Positions 49,301-60,544 of a DNA stretch of 64,000 nucleotides are shown piece by piece. This stretch comes from Anthoceros angustus (lineage: Eukaryota > Plantae > Anthocerotophyta): the NCBI GenBank assembly GCA_010909165.1, contig VJWM01000063.1, forward strand, positions 682,001-746,000. The letters are read 5' to 3'. Made by a program: the position numbers and the translations under genes. The notes beneath the pieces are model-generated. The model saw only the letters and a list, made by a program, of their open reading frames with translations. It was not told the origin of the DNA and did no database searches. How positions within the stretch are numbered: position 1 is the stretch's first letter; every line of letters starts with the position of its first letter.

Positions 49301-50253
49301 TCCTTTCCACCCATTTACATGGCCTTCTGGATCTTCAACTTAATGTAAAACACGTTGTGCTAAAAGCCATGGGAACTACGGTCGTGCAGGGTCAAGTGAG
49401 GCCTACTTGGAAACTTGTGGATGGAGTTTGTAGGGAGAGTCTAGCATTTGAGATGGCAAGGAAGGAGGGAGTCCCCGACAAGGTGATTGCCAGAGCCGAG
49501 GCATTGTTCAAAGAGCAGCAGCAAAAGCAATTTGGTGCAGAAATTGCAAAGCCTGAGCATAAACTTGTGGAAAGCTTGTTTAGGTCCTCTACAGCTCATA
49601 ATCCAGTCGACACCCAGAATCTGGCGGAAACCAGGATCACTGCAGGAGACAGCCTTGGCGAGGACTTGGTCAATGGCAGCTCCCACAGCTTAGCAGAAAC
49701 GGAGACACAGGTAAGCTTGTTACCAGTAGGCTCGGATGAACAGTCTGTTACCGGTTGCTTAGAGGGGGAAGGTGAGGCCATATTCTCGGCAGGGGCAAGT
49801 TCTGGATTCCATCAGAAGGTGCAAAGATTTCTCACAATAGATGACGTGCAAGAAACTTTTGAAGCCACTTGTTTGAGTAAGCTGGAAGAAATCGGCCCGC
49901 ATGCATCATCACGCCCGCAGTGTAGACTGGTTCGGGCTCGGCAAAGGCCCCCGCCAGAAACAACCAGACACTCGTGCGTTTACATGCTGCTCAGGCCAGA
50001 TGGGAAATTCTATGTTGGACAGACTGACAACATCAGTGGACGCATTGCAACACACAGGAAGGGGGAGGCTCTGAAGCACGCTCCATTCATCTACGTGACT
50101 GTAGAAAACAAGAGTGTGGCCAGCGAGCTGGAGACCGTCTTGATTCATCGACTGCCACAACTTGGACTGACACTGGTGAATAAGGCAGATCAATACCACC
50201 GCCATTTTGGAACTGCGTTGTCGTCCGCAACCATGGATGCCCCTCCTTTTTGA
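46384..50253 (+). CDS. MSH1: MutS homolog 1 (organellar genome surveillance; MutS plus GIY-YIG endonuclease), single uninterrupted ORF
   Basis: Mismatch-recognition RVGEFYE (47077), PKAGCP..NLRQTLD, GHAHPGSPYVYGL, Walker A LLTGPNGGGKSS (48973), DEMCKGTE, STHLH, C-terminal GIY-YIG CVYMLLRPDGKFYVGQTDNISGRIATHR. In-frame ATGs at 46384, 46432 and 46588. Confidence 0.97.
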   Translation: MKSGCVLYAGTNKRVAMTVVGAAQAWAACSLVCRCRIGAGVLKEPSWEGTSDHRRTPVVVRGSGVVAAMPLRQKGSAVLREWFLGSRGGYLPHFPQLLLSPCKQQHWNQGLHQVGSPKGCRSFRTGSISASLSSAQATTGTRKRGRKSQESQGAGLSNVGDAVHIQWWEMRMKACTKPSTVEMIKRLTNSNLLGVDEGLKNGTLKDGSFNSDLLEVKRKFPREVLICRVGEFYECVGFDACMLIEYAALNPMGGLRGNATPKAGCPIVNLRQTLDCLTRQGFSVCIMEEVQGPSQARMRKERFVGGHAHPGSPYVYGLAGGDVDLEFVDPEPVIGISKSTRGYCFISVLEIMKTYSVEDGLTEEAVVAKLRSKRFQRLYLHRSLKDDGSATVRWGEYGEGGLLWAECSGKQFEWYSNDSVEELLSKVKELYDLGQWEDFRKIVPPAGERPRPLYVGTASQIGILSTPGVPSLPKVLLPEDTNGLCVAYIRDLLLNPPPFVVAQRIQVACKKMALVQSAIPDFTCVSSAKLVKLIGAQEANKMEFSRIQYMAEDILDMHKSAVLGPILEQLLDPVWLATGLRIDRDQLVEDCRYLVHAIGKVLAVEGDPEQAHSRGASVPEDFFYDMEQKWRGKVRRALAEEVFREVDEAAAALSDAIVEDFLPIVQRTRSMTNGGGSVGCRAEICYSRENQSVWFKGKHFKPLVAADTRGEAEISRLVPAFDNKGKRAGEDWHTTPKVQDALERYKNAAERGASTVIGLLRELAETLKVKMNAVVFVSAFSIIAKALFSHVREGKRQLWVFPDLVRREQGQKIVQQNFEAQPAAFFQETASLQLIDLVPYWLDRTVNSAVPNTVEMNSMFLLTGPNGGGKSSLLRSICAATLLANCGLMVPARAAVVPHYDAIMLRMISHDSPADAKSAFQIEMSELRSIIVEATGQSLVMADEMCKGTEVQKGTFIAASVIEHLDQIGCMGVLSTHLHGLLDLQLNVKHVVLKAMGTTVVQGQVRPTWKLVDGVCRESLAFEMARKEGVPDKVIARAEALFKEQQQKQFGAEIAKPEHKLVESLFRSSTAHNPVDTQNLAETRITAGDSLGEDLVNGSSHSLAETETQVSLLPVGSDEQSVTGCLEGEGEAIFSAGASSGFHQKVQRFLTIDDVQETFEATCLSKLEEIGPHASSRPQCRLVRARQRPPPETTRHSCVYMLLRPDGKFYVGQTDNISGRIATHRKGEALKHAPFIYVTVENKSVASELETVLIHRLPQLGLTLVNKADQYHRHFGTALSSATMDAPPF

Positions 50254-51649
50254 GAGCAACCTGTTTAGTCCTTGCTACATTCCTTTAAAAGGGTAGAGGA
50301 CTCCTTTTGCCCTGCTTTTTCTGAACCTTCTGTGCTGGGCAGTTGAGGGGAAGACTTGGGCTAGTCCTTCATCCTTGGTCTTGTCAGTTGATGAAGATGA
50401 TAGATTAGTGAGGAGAATGGAGGCGTCCAGGACACGCGGTTTGCATCAAATTGTATGCGATCTGCTTAGTGTATCAAGCACATCGAATGTGCTTGATCTC
50501 CTAAGCAAACGTCGACTTCAACCGGGGGCGGACCTCTTTCTTCAACTAAAGCATTTTGGGCTTCCCTTCGTAATACGAGCCTAAGAAGACGCCTTGTAAC
50601 ACGAGCTTTAGACGCCTCGTAACACCTGCCTCAGACTGTTCTGTTAAAAAAAAACGCCTTCCTTCGACGTCACTTATCATTGGAGGCAGCAGCTTACAAT
50701 TAACAATGGGGGAGAGCTAGGAGCAATGAGCCAGAACTATGTGCCTGTAGGGAAAGGGGAGAGTTATCAAAAGTCTTTGTCTCAGTATTGCTAGGAATTT
50801 TGACATATATTCCGAAGTGATAAGGCGCTAGTTTACGGAACCTGGGGTTCAGCCCCCAACCTCGTCATACCTAATCAACATATCAGCAGCCAATCCCCAA
50901 CGTACAACATAGAATGCTCTCACACGGTGATATCTTGGCCAGATGCACAATATATGACAAACCTGCGATGGATTCTTGTTGTGCCCTTGGTAATACATTG
51001 GCCAGATGCACAATGTAGGACAACCCTGGTCACCTCAACGTGAGGAGACGGACATGGCTTCCTACAGGAACATACAGACATCTCGTGTCAGCAGAGCCGT
51101 TAGCCAGCATGGCAGTTAGGGACACACACCGCTTGGAGGAGACTCGCACCTCTTCACCAAGAGGTAACATGCCGCTTAAGACAGACCGACTGTGTGCCCA
51201 CTATTGAATAATAATTTCTCCCTTCCATCTAGAGATCGGATCCCAACCAGGATTCAAGTACGCCTTCATCTCCCTCGAGGCTACAATTGCGCTACGATGG
51301 GCATAAATCCTCGCCCAATCCTACAGAGGAATTTGGGACCTGGTTACTTGCGCCAAGACAAACGCCCGCAGCCCTTGCGCCACTTACCCCTTCCCCCTCC
51401 CCCCGAACATGGATTTGATGCTTGCGAATCGGTGCCCCCCGCCCGTTACGGATCGGCGATGGGCCAGCGCGCGGCCTATTATGCGGCACGCCCGGTCACC
51501 AATCGGTGTGCAAAGAGGTCGCGGCGCCTCCACCTGGTTTCGACCCGGTGTGTGGGGGATCCTTACCCCCCCCTTACCTTGGCCCTAATTTCACATCTTT
51601 TTTTACTATTGTTCAACCTTGGCTGGGGCTAGCCGTGCACGATGGGATA

Positions 51650-52150
51650 GGGGACCTGGCATGAGTTCTCCATGACACAATTCACCCGTGGCATCCGTGT
51701 GAAAACAATGCTGCAACCTCACTTCCACTATGTCAGGCCACTTAAGTAACCGGGTCACAACAAATTGGAAGAGGCATCCACGTTTCTTACTCATCGTTGG
51801 ACGTCTACTGCTCGCCCCTGGAGCAAGGAAAGAAGCGTCATAGGAGCCTCCCCACGACGGTCATCAGGCCCATACTGACAAAGGTAGATTGTCACCTCGC
51901 TTCCTTGTGTGTCTTTGACATGCTGCTTTGGTTCCGCGGTCTTCACCCAATGACGCAGCTTGATGAAGCAGGTGGGAAAGCACGCATTTGCTTTCTCACC
52001 TGCAATAAAATCACCAGTCGGTGGGAATGTAAGCGCTTCACATTCATGTGCATTTTCATCTTCCCTTGATGATTGCCCTGACCATGACAAATGCTCCTTG
52101 GTGAAGATCGCTCTGTGTCGACAGAGTGTGAGGCAAATGTTCCATTTTTG
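51650..52150 (-). mobile_element. N-terminal fragment of a MULE-derived / SWIM zinc-finger transposase-like protein (partial second copy at ~53160-53400)
   Basis: RVGDFIAGE..CFPT.F, IYLCQYGPDDRR and KRGCLFQFVVTRL..PDIVEV....HTDATGELCHG resemble the N-terminal zinc-binding region of plant SWIM-finger proteins (YWCSFGPDD..KRGC.CHF.VKRL..H.D..G.PCHG, recalled consensus). Confidence 0.65.
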
Positions 52151-54390
52151 ACATCACGATATTGAGAGATCGCCGCTTGCTCGATCGTGCATCAAGCTTC
52201 CCCTCGAACTCAACCGCATTAGAAGTGGGTTATAGATACTTGAAACGTTCGTTTTGGCGCGCATTAGGAACGAGAACAGGGGATGGGGAACAGGTTGAGA
52301 CCACAAACGGGTGAGCAGGTGTGGAAGGACGGCGTTGAAAGGAGCGCGGATGGGAGCCGTTGAGAGAAGGGTGGAGGGAGCCGTTGAGAGGAGCGACGAC
52401 GACGCCTCCGCTTCGGAAAGGGAGACGGAAGAAAGAGAGGCATGCCCGCATGCCGCCTCATGCCTCTCGGCTTTGCATCGGTGCGTGGCCACACGAGCAA
52501 ATGGTAGGGCTCATTAAGTTTGCATTAGCCTTAGGCGACGGGCATAAGATCGAGGTCTTTCTCCTCCGAGAAGACCTGTTTAGCGTTGTCGACGGGACCC
52601 AGCCGAGGCTAGCTACTCCACCCGCCACACCCGGTGGGACGGATGTCCACACCCGCAAGCAAGTTCGAATGGGACTCGAAAGATCGGAGGGCAAGAGCAA
52701 ACATCATGCTTTATATAAATATATAGAGCGCCCTTCAATGAAGGACGCCGCCTGCTAGGGTTGGCATCTGCGAACCTCCAAGGAGGTTTGGGACCTTTTG
52801 AAGAAGAATTACCTCTTTGATAATGCCGTAAATAAAGGTTACCTGACAAGGGAGTTCTACAACCTCCGTATGTCACAGAACGAATTGGTCGAGCAGTTCG
52901 TGAACAAGTAGGAGAACCTTAAGGATTCAGTTGAGTTAGCGGGCACCACCGTGTCCGATTATGATGCCTCTGTGCAAATTTTGCAGTCTATGCCCCCTTC
53001 ATGGTCCGCGTTCGTTGGACAAGACTATCTCGTTGTTGAAACAAGAGGAGAAGCGGAAGAAGGCGGCCCATACCATTGCCCCCGGAGATATTGCTCTCTT
53101 CACCCGAATTAGGACCGGCCTTTATCCTAGGCGTAGTCCAAAGGATTTGACAAGCCGCTTTGGTTCCGCGGTCTTCACCCAATGACGCAGCTTGATGAAG
53201 GTGGGAAAGCACGCATTTGCTTTCTCACCGCAATAAAATCACCAACACGGCCAAGAGGGAATGTAAGCGCTTCACATTCATGTGCATTTTCATCTTCCCT
53301 TGATGATTGCCCACATGACAAATGCTCCTTGGTGAAGATGCTTGCCCTGTCGCAAGACTTGAGTGTGAGGCAAATGTTCCATTTTGCGACATCACGATAT
53401 TGGAGAGATCGCCGCTTGCTCGATCGCATCTGGCCAAGCTTCCCTCGAACTCAACCGCATTAGAAGTGGGTTATAGATACTTGAAACGCTCGCTTTGGCG
53501 CATTAGAACGAGAACAGGGGATGGGGAATGTTGAGACCACAAACGGGTGAGCAGTGTGGAAGGACGGCGTTGAAAGGAGCGCGGATGGGAGCCATGAGAG
53601 AAGGGTGGAGGGAGCTGAGAGGAGCGACGACGACGCCTCCGCTGGAAAGGGAGACGGAAGAAAGAGAGGCATGCCCGCATGCCGGCCTCATGCCTCTCGG
53701 CTTTGCATCGGGGTGCGTGGCCACACGAGCGGTACAAATGGTAGGGCTCATTAAGTTTGCATTAGCCTTAGGCGACGGGCATAAGATCGAGGTCTTTCTC
53801 CTCCGAGAAGACCTGTTTAGCGTTGTCGACGGGACCCAGCCGAGGCTAGCTACTCCACCCGCCACACCCGGTGGGACGGATGTCCACACCCGCAAGCAAG
53901 TTCGAATGGGACTCGAAAGATCGGAGGGCAAGAGCAAACATCATGCTTTATATGTCATATAGAGCGTCCTTCAATGAAGGACGCTCAGCTAAGCTAGGGT
54001 TGGCATCTGCGAACCTCCAAGGAGGTTTGGGACCTTTTGAAGAAGAATTACCTCTTTGATAATGCCGTAAATAAAGGTTACCTGACAAGGGAGTTCTACA
54101 ACCTCCGTATGTCACAGAACGAATTGGTCGAGCAGTTCGTGAACAAGTAGGAGAACCTTAAGGATTCGATTGAGTTAGCGGGCACCAGTGTCCGATTATG
54201 ATGCCTCTGTGCAAATTTTGCAGTCTATGCCCCCTTCATGGTCCGCGTTCGTTGGACAAGACTATCTCGTTGTTGAAACAAGAGGAGAAGCGGAAGAAGG
54301 CGGCCCATACCATTGCCCCCGGAGATATTGCTCTCTTCACCCGAATTAGGACCGGCCTTTATCCTAGGCAGTAGTCCAAAGGATTTGACA
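51914..54390. repeat. Tandem duplication D (~1.23 kb unit; junction ~53146)
   Basis: GCTTTGGTTCCGCGGTCTTCACCCAATGACG occurs at 51925 and 53157; microhomology TTTGACA at the junction. Confidence 0.9.
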
Positions 54391-54960
54391 AGGGCAATCA
54401 CCTTGCCACTCACCCTAATGATAAGCGCAAGATAGGGAATTGCTTCTACTGCTTGCAGCCTGGGCATTAACAACGTGACTGCCTCAAGAGCCAAGCGGAC
54501 ATGAGGGCCCTCTACTAGCAGCATCACTCAGGCGCTCATTTGTTCCTCATGAATGTTCTAACCCATCGTTGGATTTCCATATTTGGTTTGTGGATACAGG
54601 TGCAACCCACCACATGACGAGCCTCAGAGATTTGTGTCTCTCCTTCCAACCCCGTACAGTCACAAGCTACGTTTATCTTAGCGACCACTCCCGCGCTGCG
54701 CCATCCAGGGCTAAGTATAGTCGTAATCATTTTGCCCGATGGTGAGATAATAGATCTCCCTAACATGCTGTACGTTTCTCACTTGAGCGAGAATATTATA
54801 TCCGTAGGTCAAGCTGTGGAGTCCGACTACACCTTTTTCATTTGCTCCGGCCCAGTGTAGCATTTTCGATTCCTCTCACCATGTTCGTGCCATATGTCCT
54901 GAGTCTGATGGACTATTTGTCTAGCATCTGCTTTTACTTCTGATGACATCACTAACTTCT
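52480..54960 (+). mobile_element. Ty1/copia gag-protease fragment (gag duplicated), truncated before integrase
   Basis: KIEVFLLREDLFSVVDGTQPR, WDSKDRRARANIML, KEVWDLLKKNY, LTREFYNLRM, knuckle NCFYCLQPGH..RDC (~54440-54485), protease WFVDTGATHHM (~54585-54617). Confidence 0.85.
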
Positions 54961-55699
54961 CCCCTCCTCCGAGTTGTATGCCAGGCACACCTCTTCTATT
55001 CAAGCCTTCACATGGCCTCCCTTCGGAGGAAGACTTTGCAGTTGGAGCTTAGGAGGAGGACGCATGGGAGCAAGTGTGGGAGGAAAATCTCGGGGCTGCC
55101 GGTTGTAGGCCGGTGTTGTTTATTTTCGAGCAAGCATGTGGTGCAATTGTAAGTGGGAATTAGGGCCTTGCTTGTTGAGGAGGTTGAGGGTGTGAGTAGA
55201 TGTAGGCAATGATTGATCCCCGAGGATTCGACCGTTCACACAAGTCTCATGGGACGAAACCCAATGTACTGAGCGGCAGTGGGATAAGTGTGGCCACGCA
55301 CAACACAACCATAGGCCATGCCTCAACGGAGAGGAGTCCACATGACCTTGCTCAAGAAGTGCTTGATCACTATGCTACTATGCAATAAGAGGAAATCACT
55401 CTAGCTGATCATTTCACAATTCACTATCATCACCATGTGTACGTCTCGCTATCCTGCTTGTTTGAAATCCGTAGGATTATAACACATCTCATGTTATAAT
55501 CGAGAGAAAAAGTAAGGAACCCTTCTAGAAATGCACTCAGATGTCAAACACAACCCTTGCAAAACTTATCCTATGCACGACATACAAGTATGACTTCACC
55601 TCGTAAAAGGTCCAGGTCCTTCTCTATATGGGCGCGCCGACCTCCCTCATGTGTGGTCTTGCTCGGAAGATTACGGGCGCCCAGGGACCCCTTGACCCA

Positions 55700-56290
55700 C
55701 GCCGCGGCGTTGCTCTTTACACTGAAGCTAGCTCCTCAACAGTGGAGCACCTTCTTGTTGCAGAATTGGGATTCGTTCCGTAGGCTCTGCCTGTGCGGAT
55801 GGAGCTGCAACGAAACGGGAAGTTTGAGCCATCGAAGTATGAAATTGCAGCTAAAGAGAGGCTGGCAAAAAACGGAGGGATGGGGCCAAACCTTTGGGGA
55901 AAGGGAGGGCGTGCTGGATGGGTGCTTCGGTTTGAGAAGAAGCATGGTAGGTACCCAAGCGAAGAGGAGGCTGAAGAGGACGATCTCCATGCAACCTCTG
56001 TGGGCGGTTCACGATAGGGGCGGTTCTGTCCCGGAGTTCCTACAGCGGGTAAGACATGGAATAAACGAAAACACCCCAGAGGTTCAAGCTATTGCTAGGA
56101 GAACAAGGGAAATGACAATTTTGTTGAACGACATGGAATTGGAGATGGATCCAGATCTGGTGGCATTTCCGAGACGAAGGATGCAAGACAGGGGAGGCAC
56201 TGCTGTAGGAGGTGGTGGTGTGGATGTGGAGGGGATAACTAGGAGGACAGAGGGAGTAGAATGCATTGGGAGAGAGGAGGCGAGATAGAA
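55700..56290 (+). mobile_element. Possible CACTA (En/Spm TnpA-like) ORF remnant; second copy at ~58530-59060
   Basis: AAKERLAKNGGMGPNLWGKGGRAGWVLRFEKKHGRYPSEEE loosely resembles the Ptta/En/Spm pattern (G.gGy....ek..GrePs..e). No terminal CACTA found. Confidence 0.3.
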
Positions 56291-59200
56291 TGTTACTTCC
56301 TACACACTATTTCCCTACTCATCTTTCTCCATCACCCCCACTCACTTTCCTTTCTAATCACCTACTTCCTCACATTCCACTTCCCTCTACTCTTACGCTG
56401 TTTTCTGGCTCATGAATTACGATGCACCCTTACGGCACAACTGCCTGGGGTCCGACCATAAATTCACGAGTTCTTCCTTGGGCCGGCTGCTGTGTGGTTT
56501 GCACCAGACAACGAGAACCTCTAGGGAGTCTTTCCCTGCAGTCTACCCTTAAGCCGAGAGTTCCTTGAGCATCGCCACACACTCAAAGCAAAGCACCACA
56601 CAAACAACCATTCACACGGGAGGCGGTTGGCGCGGCAGCAAGCCCTCGCCTAGCACTCCGATCGCGAACTCCTCTCTACCAGACACGATTGGCTTGCACC
56701 GACGTAACCCTTGCACACAAGATGAGGGACTCGGGAGGATGGGAGTGCAAGACACGATGATTTACTTCACAATTTTCACTCCTCTTATAGGAGGAGTCTC
56801 ACATCTAACCTCCCCTTGGCGCTTTCCCTACGCCGCCTTCTCCTTATTTTAATGTATTCACCGTGCTCTTAAGTCGACATCCGGGTCCACCGGTTCATCC
56901 TGGCAAAACTCTATTTTCGTAACTCTACCTATGTCAGGATAGAAGACTTTTGCCAACGCTGCTACCCATCTACTCTACACACCACTACTTGATCACGAGC
57001 ATTTATGTTTATCTTCCCCAAGGAAAGGTCCCCGCAACCAAGATCATGCTCATGTCACCAAGCTAAATCTAGGGGCCTTTCATGGGGTCCCCTTTACTTC
57101 TTGCCCGGAAGGACGACCCTTCTTCAGTAGGATCGCCTGCCCTCTTGGCCATGTGCTCTTCACCTTCTTCCTCCCCTTACTTGTGGAACGAGGGAACTTC
57201 TTGCCCCTGCATTCATGATGGCGGGTTGATTGTGATTTTGCTCCACTGCAAGATCAACCACCTCCTTCACATTTCCGCAAGGGTCGAGGTACTTGCCTCC
57301 CCGCCGCATCCATGCTAGCCCTTGAATTGCTTCCTCCGGTCCTCCTACCACGGTAGGAGTTCCTCCTATCGGGGCCGCTTTCTTCCCCACCCCTCCCTAA
57401 GGTGGTTCCTTCCTCCTGAAGCCTCCAGCTCCACTCGCTCCTTCTTGTCGCGGAGCCCTTCACCCTTCACTCCTTCGGGATCCATGTCGCTATGGCGCCT
57501 CCAAGTCTAAGGCTCTTGGTTGGATTTGCATAAGGGCCTCGTCATCATCATGGGGTCCCAAAGATCCTTCTCTCAAAGAAGTCGCAACAATTAGTTGCCT
57601 TGAGTACCTTGTTATGAAGATGGGCTGCTAATCGTTGTTGTGTCATCTCCACCTCATCATCTTCAAGCCACACTCATGCTCACACTTACTCTTGTAAGCA
57701 TCTCGCCCATGTTCAACTCACCTATCCCGGCGTGAAGAGCTATTCCAAAACAAACTCACTTAACCCAAAGGGCTCAAACTTTGCGTTCCATGAAGCACCT
57801 ATGCGTGAAGATGCAATAGCTCATCATCCATGTGAACCTTTTCATCCTAGCCATCACATGGCCTCCCCTTCGGAGGAAGACTTTTGCGATTGGAGCTTAG
57901 GAGGAGGACGCATGGGAGCAAGTGTGGGAGGAAAATCTGCCGGTTGTAGGCGGTGTTGTTTATTTTCGGGCAAGATGGTGGTGCATTTGTAAGAGTGGGC
58001 GCCTTGCTTGTTGAGGAGGTTGAGGTGTGAGTAGATGTAGGCAATGATTGATCCCGAGGATTCGACCGTTCACACAAGTCTCATGGGGACGAAACCCAAT
58101 GTCTTGGCTGGGATAAGTGTGGCCACGCACAACACAACCATAGGCCATGCCTCAACGGAGAGGAGTCCACATGACCTTGCTCAAGAAGTGCTTGATCACT
58201 ATGCTACTATGCAATAAGAGGAAATCACTCTAGCTGATCATTTCACAATTCACTATCATCACCATGTGTACGTCTCGCTATCCTGCTTGTTTGAAATCCG
58301 TAGGATTATAACACATCTCATGTTATAATCGAGAGAAAAAGTAAGGAACCCTTCTAGAAATGCACTCGGATGTCAAACACAACCCTTGCAAAACTTATCC
58401 TATGCACGACATACAAGTATGACTTCACCTCGTAAAAGGTCCAGTCCTTCTCTATATGGGCGCCGACCTCCCTCATGTGTGGTCTTGCTAAGATTACGGC
58501 CCTGTGGGACCCTTGACCCACGCGTTGCTCTTTACATCAAGCTAGCTCCTCAACGATTGGAGCACCTTCTTGTTCTGAGTGGGATTCGCCGTAGGCTCTG
58601 CTGCGGATGGAGCGCAAGCGGGAAGTTTGAGCCATCCAGTATGAAATTGCAGCTAAAGAGCTGGCAAAAACGGAGGATGGGGCCAAACCTTTGGGAAAGG
58701 GAGGGCGTCTGGATGGGTGCTTCGGTTTGAGAAGAAGCATGGTAGGTACCCAAGCGAAGAGGAGGCTGAAGAGGACGATCTCCATGCAACCTCTATGGGC
58801 GGTTCACGATAGGCGGTTCTGAGTTCCTACATGGTAAGACATGGAATAAACGAAAACACCCCAGAGGTTCAAGCTATTGCTAGGAGAACAAGGGAAATGA
58901 CAATTTTGTTGAACGACATGGAATTGGAGATGGATCCGGTCCGGTGGCATTTAGACGAAGGATGCAAGACGGGGAAATCATGAGGAGGTGGTGGTGTGAT
59001 GTGGAGGGGATAACTAGGAGGGGAGGAGGAGTAGAATGCATTGGGAGAGGCGAGATAGAATGTTACTTCCTACACACTATTTCCTACTCATCTTTCTCCA
59101 TCACCCCCACTCACTTTCCTTTCTAATCACCTACTTCCTCACATTCCACTTCCCTCTACTCTTCTGTTTCGCTCATGAATTACGATGCACCCTTGCAACC

Positions 59201-59950
59201 GCCTGGGTCCGACCATAAATTCACGAGTTCTTCCTTGGGCAGCGTGTGGTTTGCACGGACGAGAACCTCTAGGGAGTCTTTCCCTGCAGTCTACCCTTAA
59301 GCCGAGAGTTCCTTGAGCATCGCCACACACTCAAAGCAAAGCAATTCACACAGCAACCATTCACACGGGGAGCAGTTGACAGGGGCGCCTGCAGGCAGCA
59401 AGCCCTCTGCCTAGCACTCCGATCGCCGCGAACTCCCTCTCTACCAGACGCTGCATTGGCTTGCAGCCGGCACGTAACCCTTGCACACAAGATGAGGGAC
59501 TCGGGAGGATGGGAGTGCAAGACACGATGATTTACTTCACAATTTTCACTCCTCTTATAGGAGGAGTCTCACATCTAACCTCCCCCTTGGCGCGCTTTCC
59601 CTACGCCGCCTTCTCCTTATTTTAATGTATTCTACCGTCAGGCTCTTAAGTCTGACATCCGGGGTCCACCGGTTCATCCTGGCAAAACTCTATTTTCGTA
59701 ACTCTACCTATGTCAGCATAGAAGACTTTTGCCAACGCGGCTACCTATCTACTCTACACACCACTACTTGACTGCTGAGCATTTATGTTTATCTTCCCCC
59801 AAGGAAAGGTCCCTGCAACCAGCATCATGCTCATGTCACCAAGCTAAATCTAGGGGCCTTTCATGGGTCCCCCCTTTACTTCTTGCCGTCCAGAAGGACG
59901 ACCCTTCTTCAAGTAGGATCGCCCGTGCCCTCTTGGCCACAGGCTCTTCT

Positions 59951-60544
59951 TCACCTTCTTCCCTCCCCCTTACTTGTGGAACGAGGGAACTTCTTGCTCC
60001 TGCATTCATGATGGCGGGTTGATTGTGATTTTTGCTCCACTTCTGCAAGATCAACCACCTCCTTCACATTTCCTGCAAGGGTCGAGGTACTTGCCTCCCC
60101 TGCTGTCGCATCCATGCTAGCAGTCCTTGAATTCGCTGCTTCCTCCGGTCCTCCTACCACGGTAGGAGTTCCTCCTATCGGGGCCGTTTCTTCTTCCCCA
60201 CCCCTCCCTAAGGTGGTTCCTTCCTCCAGTGAAGCCCCTCCAGCTCCACTCGCTCCTTCTTGTCGCGGAGCCCCTTCACCCTTCACTCCTTCGGGATCCA
60301 TGTCGCTTATGGCGTTCTCCAAGTCTAAGGCTCTTGGTTGGATTTGCATAAGGGCCTCCCTGTCATCATCATGGGGTCCCAGCATCCTTCTCTCAGCAAG
60401 TCGCAACAATTCGTTAGTTGCCTTGAGTACCTTGTTATGAAGATGGGCTGCTAATCGTTGTTGTGTCATCTCCAATTCCTCATCATCTTCAAGCCACACT
60501 CCATGCTCACACTTACTCTTGTAAGCATCTCGCTCCATGTTCAA
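59951..60544 (-). other. Unassigned TE-associated ORF (197 aa; frameshifted copies at ~57160-57720 and ~61500-62060)
   Basis: Helical, charged N-half followed by a Gly/Glu/Ala-rich low-complexity half; no recognised domain. Confidence 0.3.

Noticed and set aside
46384-50253. Bacterial or viral contaminant MutS
   Set aside because: It carries plant MSH1-specific blocks and a targeting-like N-terminus, and is contiguous with intron-containing plant genes.
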